In this document: in pieces, positions 13,077 through 26,788 of the stretch
Layout of the letters: every line of letters starts with the position of its first letter
Numbering within the stretch: position 1 is the stretch's first letter
From: Trichoplax sp. H2
Lineage: Eukaryota
Direction of reading: 5' to 3'
DNA: 64,000 nt
Assembly: GCA_003344405.1 (NCBI GenBank)
Contig: NOWV01000115.1
Location: 124,001 to 188,000, forward strand
Notes under the pieces: model-generated
What the model saw: the letters and a program-made list of their open reading frames with translations, nothing else
Told to the model about the DNA's origin: nothing
The model's database searches: none
Program-made: the position numbers and the translations under genes

Positions 13077-15256
13077 TGCGATTATCTGTATCATACTCTA
13101 CCTTACCGCAAAACGCAACCAATAATTATTGAAAAGGCTTAACGCATAACAATACAATACAGAATATTTCTAATTAATAATTCGAAGAGTTATTATATCC
13201 TTATCTGTCAGGAAGTCGCTAGGCATTATGACTAATCGATAATCATAACGCTGGAGAAAATGCTTGAATAGGGCTCTTTGAAATGCAACCTTATGCCTGT
13301 CATTTGTAAACAAGAAAGCTGTCAATAATCTAAGACCGTATCGTGATATTCAAGTAATTGATTATTTGTATTATCCCTGCTATTGGAAATTAATTAATAA
13401 TATTAAGCGATAGTATACAAATACAACTTTAAAAACTATCGTCTTTTTCTCAATTTTAGAGTCGAATCGAAATATGCCTCGTGTAGATTGCTGCCCTCAT
13501 TTATCCAGTAAAATTTAGTCATTTAAGATATTGCAAATGCATAATTTTTCTATCGACTTAAATTGATTAAGAGTAATTTTCCGTTGAAGTGGTACGTAAA
13601 GTAAAGCTGTAAATAAAAACTTTTAGCCAAATTTAAATGGCTTTTACTTTAATTCGAATCAAATTAATAAAATACTTAATATCCGTACGTTTATTTACGC
13701 CTTTACTATGCAATCAAATCGAAGAAATTTAATTTGAAGCAAGAGAATATTTATAAACTATAAATTGGATTATCGATTAACCTTCGGAACAATTTGAATA
13801 CTTCATTCGCCTTATATCTGTACTTCTCTTCTCTACTTTCTCTACTAAACTATCTAATTAAATCATCTCTTAAATGCTTCGTACACTTTCGTTAGTAGCG
13901 TCAAAAGTAGGTAAATGCCTACTTTGAAGCATTCTTTCCCTTAAATTAGAAGGCTGTAAAATTTTTTTATTTCATATTCACCTCATGTTACTCCACTAAT
14001 TATAGTAGTAGGAGCTTATTCAGTTAATCTGACCTTGATAACGTGTAAGAAGATAGTTTTCGAACCTAGGTAGCTACATTTTCATCAGTGATCTTATTGC
14101 TGTATTAACGTTGTCATAGTACTATTTAAATTAATTAAATAAGTTATCTATGAGGATGCAACTCCAATTTTACAATTCATCTATTCTATGCTTTATGACT
14201 TAATTTAAACAATTTCTGAAATTTGATGAATTTACTATAATGTCATCGGTAACAGCAATATGAAGTCATTAACTTACTAGAAAATCTTGGAACAATTTAT
14301 TAAAAATTTTCTTCTAGATTACTATTATTTCATTAATATTTTATATAGATTGAAGCTTTATTACTGACGCTATCATTGTCGCAAATAGATTCGAAAAAGA
14401 GTTTTATTATCATTACGATATTCTAGAATTTAATATCGTTCATTTATCGAATTGACGAGATCTTTATTCAGTAAAAAGCAAATATCTTCATTAAGTTATC
14501 GACATCAAGCCAGTTTGCCCTTATAGCTAATACTAATTGTTCATCTAGTAACACATATGAAATCGTGATTCTTCAGTAACGAAATTGTTATTTGATGGAC
14601 CAATAGCTTAATCTATGAATTCCTACTTTTAAATTCTAAGTTTCTTGATATTAGATCAATACACGCAAAATGTATGAACTTTTATGGGAAGAGAAGTTAC
14701 GATTCACAATTTATTATTTCAAATCAGCCAAGTACGCGTTTAGAGACCTTTATCGAATTAACTATTAAGTATATTAAGAGAATAAGAATTGATAACTAAT
14801 AGAAGATATTAGTTTTCGGCAATCGTACAGCACTGTGTTGCCTCCAATTTAGAATTTGAAACAATATTGATGTTCGCAGGGTTTAATTATTGCATCATAA
14901 TCAAGGTAATGCTAGGATTGAATCGTTCTTACTAATGTGGAATTAATTTGCTATCTTAAAGCAATTTAATATAACTCATACCTTCATCGAAAATAGCAGT
15001 CACGAATATTATTCATAATAGCATATTACTGCTTATATTAAATTAGTCTTTATAAATAAATTTATCGTTATAAGTAATTAAGAAACTGTATTGTGTTATA
15101 TTAATTACGGTAGTTCACTAATTCTATTAAAATCTTTAAATTATTTTTGCGTCTCTATGTTAAGAAAATGCATCTTGAAGTCTTAAGCTTAAAAAACTTC
15201 AAGAAACCGTATACAAAGTATCAAGAACGTGTGAAACGACAAGATCTTCTGTTTTG

Positions 15257-16282
15257 TTAAGCTACTTTTAAAATTGACCAAAAAGCAATAAAGCAATTTT
15301 GTAGTGGTTGGCGAAATCTTTTTATATAAAAAATATAGAGGATTGGACCATATAAGCCTGTCAAGACTCCACAGACATACATAAATGCGTACGATAAGCC
15401 GATAGTAAATGGGCTAGCTTTGTATGCATACCCTAAAACCGTTGCATAAAAACCAAATAGCCAGCAGAAAGAACATAAAAACTGACTCAAAGCAACATGT
15501 CGTAGAATCTTCACCGCGTTGTTTAATTTTTGATTTGACACGTTCGTTTCACGAAAGTTCTGAAGTTTAAGATCTTTCAAAATAGCAGCAGAAATAAAGA
15601 ATCGATGACGTTGTTTCAATTTCCACACAATTTTAGTATGGCAAATGCACATAATAACGAATGGAATTGCAATTCCAGCAGCAGATAATGTTAGCATAAT
15701 CCTGCGAGATACACTATTATCTGTATAAACGGTGCAAATGCCTTGTATGTAGCTCATATCCATAACTAGAACAGTACGAGGCCAATGTTGAATCATTGTT
15801 ATAAACCATAAGCCGACTAATACTGCAAATATTTTACCTTTTTTGACCTTTCTTTTCAACGTACAATCTTGATTTAATGTATAATACTTCTCTACAGCAA
15901 TAAATGCTAAAGTGCTATTAGCTACCATTAATGATACAATAGCAATTGGTACAGTAACACTACACATGATATACGTTATCCATACAGAATGTTTCAAAGG
16001 TGAATTATACGTGATTAGCATAAGAATTGGCGTAAAGGGATAGAAAGCGGCGACCAATAAATTGGCGATAGATAAATTAATTAATCCGTAGTACGTTCCT
16101 GATCTCATTTCTTTATTGCCATAAATAATATACAGCACATAACCATTCGCAAGAAAGCTAATCATACTTAGAAAGGTACCAATGACTGCCGTAATTTGAA
16201 TTGATGTTAATGGCACAGGATTAGTTCTGTTGTAGGACGATATAAGAAAAATTGATTGATTTGCTGTTGATTTTCCAAGCAT
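15257..16282 (-). CDS. Rhodopsin-like 7TM GPCR, orphan, paralogue 4
   Basis: 341-aa ORF with 'EMRSGTYYGLINLSIAN', 'IAVEKY', 'QHWPRT', 'LKQRHRFFISAAIL', 'YGPILY', 'KRFRQPL'. Acceptor-like 'tttctttttcag' ~25 nt upstream of the ATG. Confidence 0.92.
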   Translation of the reverse strand: MLGKSTANQSIFLISSYNRTNPVPLTSIQITAVIGTFLSMISFLANGYVLYIIYGNKEMRSGTYYGLINLSIANLLVAAFYPFTPILMLITYNSPLKHSVWITYIMCSVTVPIAIVSLMVANSTLAFIAVEKYYTLNQDCTLKRKVKKGKIFAVLVGLWFITMIQHWPRTVLVMDMSYIQGICTVYTDNSVSRRIMLTLSAAGIAIPFVIMCICHTKIVWKLKQRHRFFISAAILKDLKLQNFRETNVSNQKLNNAVKILRHVALSQFLCSFCWLFGFYATVLGYAYKASPFTIGLSYAFMYVCGVLTGLYGPILYIFYIKRFRQPLQNCFIAFWSILKVA

Positions 16283-19200
16283 GACTCTTTACTTCAATGG
16301 TGAGCTGAAAAGAAATCAGTCAAAAAGAAGCATCTTTAATAAGTTTATCTATCAACATACGTCCATGAAATACTAAATGATAAAATTCTTACATCTCAAA
16401 CGTGTGGTCTTTTAATTTGTACTTAAATATTTTTTTCTCACTCGATATCTTGTTGTCGCTTAAATCAATAGCGAGAAATTAGATATTTTTATGTGTTATG
16501 CTTGATAATAAAGTAAAAATAACGGTCAATTAGCTAAACAAGGTATCATTTTTAAACGGAATTCATTTATAAAGAATTAGAAAGAAAAATCTAAAGATAC
16601 GAGTAAAAATAAATTAATGAATTAATTCAAAGTAATAACGCAGTAAATCTTTTAATTGAAATTTTTATAAATTATTGTTATTACATAAATTACCATATGA
16701 TAGATTTAATAGATACAATCATTGATTCCATATGAATGACTTACATGTGAACAAGTACCACCTTAGCCTTGCTTTTCGATGATTTGAAGTTAATGCGATC
16801 AACTATAAGATAGATAAAGTTTGATGATTACATTTTTCCATTGGGAATTAGTTCTTCGTTTCACTGAATACTTAAATGATTATTGCGATGTGAATTACCT
16901 TTACTTTCTAAAGAAGTTCCTCATTTAAGAAGATATTGGAATGTCTTTAACTAAAGAAGAATAAATGTCATGATATTTTACAGTATTATTGAGATGTTTT
17001 ACTTGTTCTTTAAAATTGAGAAAATTAGATTAACGATATATAAGGTTTAGTATCTATTCCAGAGTATTATTAGTGCATCAAAAATGGAAGAAATTGTGAG
17101 CAGCATTAGCAAAGTTTTGGATGACAAAAGAAAAATTCACTTATCCTGTCAGTTCCAACAATAAATTATTTCTTAGCTTATCCTAATTTTTGTTTAATAA
17201 TCAGTATGTTCGATTGCATTGCTTGCTTTATTAAAACTTCTATTCATTTTTTTATTACAATCCTTTTGAAAATCTGATTTTTTACCGAGCTATAGTAGCA
17301 TTAACAGCGATTATGAAGTGCTTCAAGTTTAATAATTTTAAATGTTTAAAATTTCTTATTAATAAAATATGTAGGAATGCATTTACACTCATTATAAAAT
17401 TCGAATTACTTTCCGATATTATTCCTAGAGCTTAATTTGTACCATATTTGCCTTTATGCATTTCAGAAAATAATTATACTTGTTATTGTTTTCGATATAA
17501 ATCCGCATTTTACTTAATAAATTAAGATCTCTAGAGCAATAATCTTATATTGGTGGAATGGAAGCAATAACTTAAAGGTAAATTGGCTCTAAGCGAAAAT
17601 TTTACTAGTATACTTTAAAAATAGCGATCACCAATACACTTAATTTATAATGATTTTAATTTCGACTTCATTTCATGTATTTTTATTTCTGCCGTAAAAT
17701 AAAATGCCATATCTAATGTTTTGGACTTTTTCAAAATACAATTTCAATTAGCCTACTCTATTTATAAATAGTATATGGGAATATCCCTTACATCTGCATA
17801 TTCATTGTTATAATAGCAGTACCGTATTAAATTCATATTTCAACCAAAGTTCGTAAATATTCGTTGATAAAGGAACTCTTAACTATTCTCTATCATTCTA
17901 CAATGAAGTATTATCATAAAGACGCCGTGCTATTTATAGATTGCTTTTATGATTGAAAGAGAAGTTAAGCCATAATATCCAATTTTTGCTATGATTGCAA
18001 TTTTATAAGTGATACTGGGATATCGTGAGAGATATGAAATAAAAAGTTTTCTATTGTCTCTAATGTTTCGTTTCAATCGGTTATTGCTTTTTGTTTAATG
18101 TAATTGGACAGTTTCTAGCAGCGTTAATAAAGGATCAAATTTCGAAATAAAGTCATTCCTACTTTTGTTCCTGGCAGAAATCATTTGTTAATTAATTACA
18201 CTGATATTACTATAATATGATGATCATGAGTAATTTATCTTCACACATTTATCATGAAAGTAGCTATCATTGACTGAATATGATCGGAGGTATGAGGACT
18301 TATCTCGTCATTAGCTTATAACAGAGAATAACTCATTGTATTATTAGACGTAAAATCTCGGTATCGCATTCAGCCTTTTTATCCTACTTGAATAGTTGGT
18401 GTTTCAATTCTAATATAAATATTGTAGACTGTAATTTTTGTCAAAATTAACTATTAGTAAGTAGCAGTATCGTTTATTCGCTTTTTAATAGGAATGTATA
18501 AATTCCAGAGTAAAATTAATTTCAGATGGTCAACTGTTACAACTTCCAAATTTTGTAACAAGTACTAGATCTGCACTCAGTAAGGAGACCCAATAATTAA
18601 GTTGAAGAAATAACTTTATTGTTAAAATAATGAGTTTATATACTTTCATTTTTGTGACCTTTGATCTACTGGCGTAGATCCCAAGATCATCACTAAGAGA
18701 AAGGTTTCCCTAGTTTAGACATTACAAATAGAATATCACACCGAGTATGGCAACATGAGAATACATACATAGATAAGCTTAGTATAGTACCATAACTACA
18801 TCTATTTACGCATGACGTGATAATAACATCGTGATATTTAACCATATATAGAAAGAAGTTAACATACTAATTATGTAACTATCACAGAACATGACATCAA
18901 CACTTCGAAGAAAGTCAAGGAGGTACTATCGATTTTCCGATACGCAAAGTCTATCATATTCATATAGAAATGAATCAGTTCCGGTTGAAAGGTAAAAGAT
19001 TTACTTTAAAATAACAATAAAGGTCGAATAGTTTTCACTAATTAAAATACCCGACGTAGAAATTAGAAAAGCGGATTATGTATATTTTTGCAAAAATTTA
19101 ATCCTGTAATATCAAAAGACTATTAGTTTATAATTGCCTAGTTACATAATTGTGTATATATACTGCTATACAATTAATTGCAATGTTTATGCATATGAAT

Positions 19201-21974
19201 GGAATTATTCTAATATTTAAAGCATCTCTTTCACTTTTGTCACCTATGTGCATGTCGCGCACCACTAGTGGCAAAGTAGTCTACACACGTCAATGCTTAC
19301 GAAGAACTCCACTTACTGACTTAAAGAGGCGAGATTAGCTATATCACCGAATAGTTCAGTTCCAACGACCGAATAATATAGTGCAATTATAGCGTCACTG
19401 TTAGTGTAGACGAGGTAGTCAGAGATTTACTACTATTTATTACTGAAGAAATCTTGACACCCAAGATTATAGTCGTTACAATTCAATAGCAATTGATAAA
19501 CTAGTTGACTATCTAACCGACTAACTAACTAAAAAGTAGTCTTCATCAGGACGAGCTTATGCATCGTAACAGTGCATAATCTCTAAACCGTTGATATGGG
19601 ATTTAAATTACAATAAATTACCTTGCTCCTCTAAAATATTTTACAGTATATCTTAAAATGGACATAGAATATTGCAGAATCCGAGTTCGAAAATGCTCAA
19701 TGCTTGCTAGAATTTAATAATTTAGAGAAGAAATTTAGCTTAATATGATTGCAGCTCAAAGTCGTAATTGTGAATAACGATTAATCAAAATCTGATCTAC
19801 TGATTATATTATCAATTATGCATCCAATTTTCACCGCATAAAGTTTATATATAGGATGCAGTTTACAAATTTAATTATAAGATGCGACATCAGAATAATT
19901 GATTGCTGCAGCAAGCAGCAAGCAGCTTTTTCTTTGTTTGAAGGAGCACAAACATTAAATTTTGAGCTTATAGTCAGACTGCATGCTGTCCGTAAATAGT
20001 AAATAAATTATTTATTCATTTTACCATATATTTTGTATTTAGTTATTTAATCAATGTCCGTATTAGTAAATTATCATGCTATTTTCTTTCATGAAATATC
20101 TGTATTGGCCGATACTAAAAATCAAAGTAATAAACTTATAATATTCGTACTGAAATACGAGGAAAATCAGTGATAATACTCAGTTTAGTTAGCATAATGA
20201 ATTTTAATTATTCTTTGAATTGCTTGAGTGGGAGTCGTTTTATTTTTTATAATCTTTTTCGATACATTAGAAGATGGCCGTAATGATTACAGAATAAACA
20301 TGCAGATGAATCTATCAGTAATTAATCTAAAGTTCTTTTTCCTGAAATGAGTTAGAAAGTATTTTGCTGCAGAAGTAACTTAAGATACTTATGTATCAGT
20401 TAGCGGGGAGTTCTCCACTAACTGGTATCTATGAAAGCTGTCATCAATTAATTATGTGTTACAATAAATAACTATATTGTTGGGATACTATTAACCAACG
20501 TTCGATGAATTAAATAAGTTTGCTTTGAGCTCTTCATGTTTATATCAATATATCTCACAATATGTAGGTGCACGTTCAATCAAAGTAGCTATTATTAGAT
20601 TTTTACTAAATGTAAGGCGGAATTAATATCCAGTTTTAGATACGAAGCTATTTTAATGCAGTAGAAACGAAGAGATTTAAATAGGGCTTCCGTAATATCT
20701 TATAGATTCTCCTTAAATTCTTGTCCTATACTTATGCAAATAAATGCTGTACGATAGCTTATTCTATTTTACTGCTGTTTGAAAATAAATACGTGCGAAA
20801 TAATCATTCAATTATACCATACCAGATAATATGAATAGTATACAGTAGATTTCAGTACTCTAGGCATGTTGAGGACATATTTTGCTTACTGATTTTTACA
20901 GTAATTTGCAGTCCCTCGATATAAAGATACAAATTATTACTACATCTATATACAAATAGGCCTTAACATCGTACTATATAGATCTATTATTTTTATTTGT
21001 CGCACGAACAAGTAAAATTTAAAGTAATTTTAAAGCATCAAACATTCATGAGATTTAAATACATAAATAAAAATCAAAAGAATTCGATATATTTGTATTA
21101 TTGCATGATAATGCCATTACTGGTGATTCATTGGTAATATTGCGGATTAGAAAATGAGATAACGAAGACCATTAATTTTTAATTAAACAAGAGTTATATA
21201 CTGTACCGGCTATACATAACTTGCTTTTATATGCTCGAAACTAATTTGTGAACAAAAGCTAATTGAAAACTGCTATTTTAGACTTAATAGTCTATCAAAC
21301 CGACATTTAAAGTTTATTTATCAACTGTATATACTTGCGTAAGAACAAGATACTTTTATAAAAGAAACGGAAAATCAGTTCCGTTATTGCTTATACTAAT
21401 TTATACTCGCTGATAAATCTTAAATATCTTTAGAATCTTAAAGTAATATTCCCTAAAGCGTCGTATGATATTAAGTAGCAAGCAGAATAATGAATTACTG
21501 TAACAAACGTTTTCAAAATCGTATTCATACAGTAGTGCATCTAACGCTAAGCTTTCATGAATCTATCCTTCATTTGTACCAGCATGCTACCTCTACTACG
21601 AAATTATCAGCAATAAATATTGTTATTAAGCAAGATTTAAAAGCGATATGATATTCTATAGACTTGAAAAACTGACGTTATAATTTGCCATCCTTAAATT
21701 GCCATCATATATCAGTTTATATCCTATCAACAAATCTATGTACACACACATCTTTCTACAACAACATAAACGGTTACTTAGGCTATTTTTTGAGGAAGAT
21801 CGAACTAGAGTATAATAGATAATTGTATCATACTTGGCACAGCTAAACATTTATTTAAATATCGTCATTACTACCATAACGGATCCATTATATACTCTAC
21901 AGAATTATTTATGGTATCCTCTTTAATTGAATATCTTCAGGATATTCATCATAAGCGTTCCAAGACTATAATCA

Positions 21975-22717
21975 ATTAACATTAATCACCTTATGAGAAC
22001 TCTTACTACAGTACAGCATAATTTATAGCAATAAAACACTAACTATCGTAGTAGTAGTAACCATAATTAATTAACATTAACATATTAACATATTAATTAC
22101 CTTATGAGATCTCTTACTACAGTACAGTATAATTTACAGCAATAAAACACTAACTATCGTAGTAGTAGTAACCATAATTAATTAACATTAACATATTAAC
22201 ATATTAATTACCTTATGAGATCTCATACTACAGTACAGCATAATTTACAGCAATAAAACACTAACTATCGTAGTAGTAGTAACCATAATTAATTAACATT
22301 AACATATTAACATATTAATTACCTTATGAGATCTCTCACTACAGTACAGCATAATTTACTGCAATAAAACACTAACTATCGTAGTAGTAGTAACCATAAT
22401 TAATTAACATTAACATATTAACATATTAATTACCTTATGAGATCTCATACTACAGTACAGTATAATTTACAGCAATAAAACACTAACTATCGTAGTAGTA
22501 GTAACCATAATTAATTAACATTAACATATTAACATATTAATTACCTTATGAGATCTCATACTACAGTACAGCATAATTTACTGCAATAAAACACTAACTA
22601 TCGTAGTAGTAGTAACCATAATTAATTAACATTAACATATTAACATATTAATTACCTTATGAGATCTCATACTACAGTACAGTATAATTTACTGCAACAA
22701 AACACTAACTACCGTAG
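21975..22717. repeat. Near-perfect 111-bp tandem repeat, ~6.7 copies
   Basis: 'ccttatgag' recurs at 21989, 22100, 22211, 22322, 22433, 22544 and 22655 (111-bp period) with few substitutions. Confidence 0.97.
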
Positions 22718-23746
22718 TTCTTACTGCAAGCCATTATTAGTTATCTCCATCTACAAATAAGAACCTGTAAATTGAGTCATTTACCCTTCATGGTGATTTA
22801 TACCGTGATAAATGGAAAAGAAATTGGATAACATCATCGTTCCAAACTCTCCTTCCAAATTTTGGAAATTTCGGGCATAGCCACCGCCCAGCGCGTACCA
22901 GCACGGTCTTCTTGTTCCAGCAATTCATTTGGTAGAGAATCTTATTGTGCGACCTAGCCCTATACGAACCAATACAGTTTTGACTACTGTACGGTAACAT
23001 GGTATTACGCTGGTCTAGCTAGTCGCATCGGACCTGCTGAGGCAAACACCTTAGCATAGTCTATCGTTATGATCGTCTTTGGATGATGGTGCAAAAGTTT
23101 GTTGGGCTAAGTTTTCTACCATCGACTGGACTTGAAATAGGAATTTATGCTTAAGCTTTGTGCAGTGGAAAGCAAACGTACTATAGCTTGTATCTGTTAA
23201 TAGAAAGTTCAAGAATTGGCCAGCACTATTAAGTAAACCATCGAATTTATGACAGCCAATCGTGCCATCATGTCTGCAACTCCCTAGTAGCAGCTATCGT
23301 TTGTGCAATTATCTCGCACCTTTTGCCAGGTAAAGTACCCAATTAAGTTGGTGATGTAGAGGATTGAAAAGGAAATGTTATAGCGGATCTTGTCAATTGG
23401 ATAGAAAACGGTTCTTATACATGATTAACGTATAGTATAAACTCGTTTGCTGTTGCTCTCCAGTTTAGTAGTATGTACAGTACGCGGCTGCCATGCTGCT
23501 TAAAATGGAGACTAAGCGTGCAGCTGCCAACAAACGTTTCCAGAGTCAAACTCTTCCACCAAGGATAGGGGATGCCGGAATATCGAGTTTTAAAATCGAT
23601 TTTATAAACATTAGCAGTGACATGACAGTTTTTAACTATTTGAAATCAAGTTCAACTGAAGTTGAGATTAGCTGTCACCATTTGCTGTCTGACCATTATT
23701 TCGTAATTGTAACTAGTTAATTTAAGAAATACAGTATGCAACGCAG

Positions 23747-26700
23747 ATGGTGCATTGTACATTAACTAAAAAATTTGTTATCACGCTTAGAGTCATGGCT
23801 TATGAAATGAAAGATATCTTATCCCATCTCTCGCGACGAGGTTTATTCTTAATTGGAACGAATGAAGACAAATTGGGTCCTCTTGGCATACTACTAATGA
23901 GAAATCTTTACCAAGAATGGTGAGTCAAATCAAAATCAAGCACATACTTCATTGCTAATGATATACGTATATTCTACACTATTTAATCATACTGGAGGTA
24001 GATTCAATTATGTAAAATTAGCATTCGGATCAGTAAATTTAGGTTATACCCTTAGTAGATAACAGCATATTTAAATTGATTAATGTCATTACTTCGTGGT
24101 AAGTTAAATATGACTACTAGCTATTCGCTTAGTGTATGCAGTGCATCCAAACTAATGACTGTTCTGTTGAGACGTTGCGACCAATGACTAATAAGCATTG
24201 GTGATTATGCTTTGGGTAAATATTAAAATATTTAATATTTTCCTACATTTAGGCGAAAATCCATCTCTATTATTCGTGGTAAAGCTTGCAACGTCTTGGA
24301 AATTCAGCCGACTACACTCGATAAAGGTCTAAACGTAAGCCCAAAGTTTGATTAGGAAAATGTTAAAATAAGGATCCTGTACTAGTAAAATTTGAGAAGA
24401 AGCTCGGTGAATAACACCCATTAATGTTAGCCGATTTTACTATACATTGATGATATTCAAATTATTATCTTTCGTTAATCAAATTTTCATTATTGAATAT
24501 TAGGATAACATAAAATCGTTGTCTGATAGCTCGAACAGCCTACTGCACTTTTGGAACTTGGATAGGTACGCGTATACCTCCGAGATTGGATAGTGATACA
24601 TGATAAGATTCTACATCGTACTAATATTATCTGTTGCTCTAAAACGTTTAGAGTTTCAAATATTCATTAGTTATGACATCCACGGATGATATTAGCCAAT
24701 TTTATCAGTGAATGACTTTAATTAATATGTGAAATGCTTTATCGCAAATAAAATTACAGGGATGGTTTAACATCAAGACAAAATTCTATCAAAATGATGA
24801 ATCCTGCGCTGCCTTTTGTACTAATTCGACGTAATCCAATATTTTTACAAATACTACGTGTAATATTGATGTGCTGTTTTAACCATTTTTACATAATCAT
24901 AATAATATGGTATGATCAAATTAAATCAATTATCAGCGCTGCTATGCAACATTTGCATCGTATTGATACAGTAAATGGACGTTGCGTGTGTTTATCATAA
25001 TATTGCTCTACCAGCTACAGTATTAACTGAATGTTGAAATGTTATAAATACTTTGATAAGTCATTTACTTTCTACTCGCTTTCTCACTTCGTAACGTAGA
25101 GATTAATAGCGTATCTGGCGGTGAAAGTTTCAAAGCCTTTTTAAGATTTTACTGCTCACCTAAAGAATCACAGTTATGGTATCATACTTGGAAGAAGGAA
25201 AGAGCAACTTGGTGGAGAAAAGTAAGCCATAATTAAGTAAATTTATGCAATCCACTGTATATATTGCTACAAGTTAAACCATTGTGTATTAAATGAACTG
25301 ACTTGGTATTTGGCAGTTATCTATTAATAGACCTGGGCGTTTTGTCCTGGAAGAGGACAGCTTTGATGATAGTAAGACTTACGATAGAGCAAGAATAGTG
25401 GTATGTTAATTTGACGGATAAATTATAAGCCTGCTAATTTTATATATACGTGTAGATAGTGTTTATCAGAATTATTCTTTACCTACTAGACGTCACTTTA
25501 AAGCGTATTGATAGCTATACTGTAGTCATTAATTGTTGCTCCAACGGTTAAAAGACTTGTAAAAATCAAGATAATATTTTTCCATGCATTCTCGTTTTTA
25601 CTTTTGCTAGCTATCGTACAATAATTATAAGGAAACTGTTGAAGATATTTCATATTGTAAAGATAGCAATGAAATTGAGGTTATATCTAAATTCTTTCCA
25701 TATTAATTTTAGTTTATTTTTACTAAGAATTATTCTGACTCGTTATTTATAGAAAAATATATGTAATAGTAATAATTTTCATTCAATCACATGTTCGTCG
25801 TACATGACTCAAGGTAACAGCTTTGATTTTGGAATAAGAATTACGCAATTAGTCAAAGGTGCACCGTCCTATATTTTAACTCGTACACTATAATGTTATT
25901 TGTGTAGGAGTATTGGCTTACCTTATCGATTCATATCACTGCAGGCAGTTAATGCATGCTAATGGTGCCAGTAAAGATGGCCCTAAGGTAGAATAGATTA
26001 ATTAATACTATTACTTGATAACTGAGAACATAGAAGTCAACAACTACTCCATGATATTCTTCGATAATGAAATAAATCCAAGTCAAAAGTTTTAATTTTA
26101 ACTTTTAGTCACTAAAGTTACATCCGCGACTATCTCCGATTAAAGCAGCTATCATTCACCCCAATACGGACAGGATTCACTTTGTAGAGGTAACTCTTTG
26201 GATATTTGGTGAAATTGGTTAAATTAGTTCAAGATCCATACTTGAGATGTCTTAACAATGGTTCGATATTGCATTTCTATGGCGTATCAGCTTGCGGAAT
26301 ATTTAGCTAAGAAATTAAATAGCGCTGAAATAGTTACTTGGATAGAAAGTGCTAAATGTTTAGAGGAATGTTACAAAAAGTAAGTAACCGTATACCGATT
26401 TAGCAGAAGTACCTTCTTACGGAAGAGATATAATTGAGAGTAAGTTCTCGATGTTCAGACGCTTAATAATGTTACCTTTATTAAATTATTTTCTACAGTC
26501 ACGATGAAATGGGAACTCTCTTCTGCATTGTCATAGACGATAATACTGTTAAATATGGCGATGTAAAACTGCGACATCGAGATACAGGCCTATTAGTATG
26601 CCCTTAATGATTATTGCTAGTTGTACGTATTTCTACTACACCTTTGATTGTAAATTAACATCAATTGTTCAATTTCGCATGTATGCCTTGGATAGGAGCA

Positions 26701-26788
26701 AATTCATCTAATGGATGTTAAGCTATGCATAGAGAGGGACCTGCAAAATTCGTACGAAGATAACCTCCCACCAGATCTACAGCGGTAA
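23747..26788 (+). CDS. POLG2: DNA polymerase gamma accessory subunit (mitochondrial), multi-exon
   Basis: Spliced peptides: 'LGPLGILLMRNLYQEW|RKSI', 'MMNPALPFVLIR', 'WYHTWKKERATWWRK', 'SLKLHPRLSPIKAA', 'HDEMGTLFCIVIDDNTVKYGDVKLRHRDT', 'EQIHLMDVK'. These parallel the POLG2 motifs GPLGVELRKNLAAEWW, LKLHPCLAPIK and DEMSILF..RSRDT. The start is ATG 23747 (basic presequence-like MVHCTLTKKFVITLRV) or ATG 23795; stop TAA 26786-26788. Confidence 0.88.

Noticed and set aside
16400..21900. Looked for a fifth GPCR or pseudogene at the expected ~4.6-kb spacing
   Set aside because: No TM-like or family motifs (YNSPL, WPRS, KFRQPL) seen; the region appears to be AT-rich intergenic DNA.
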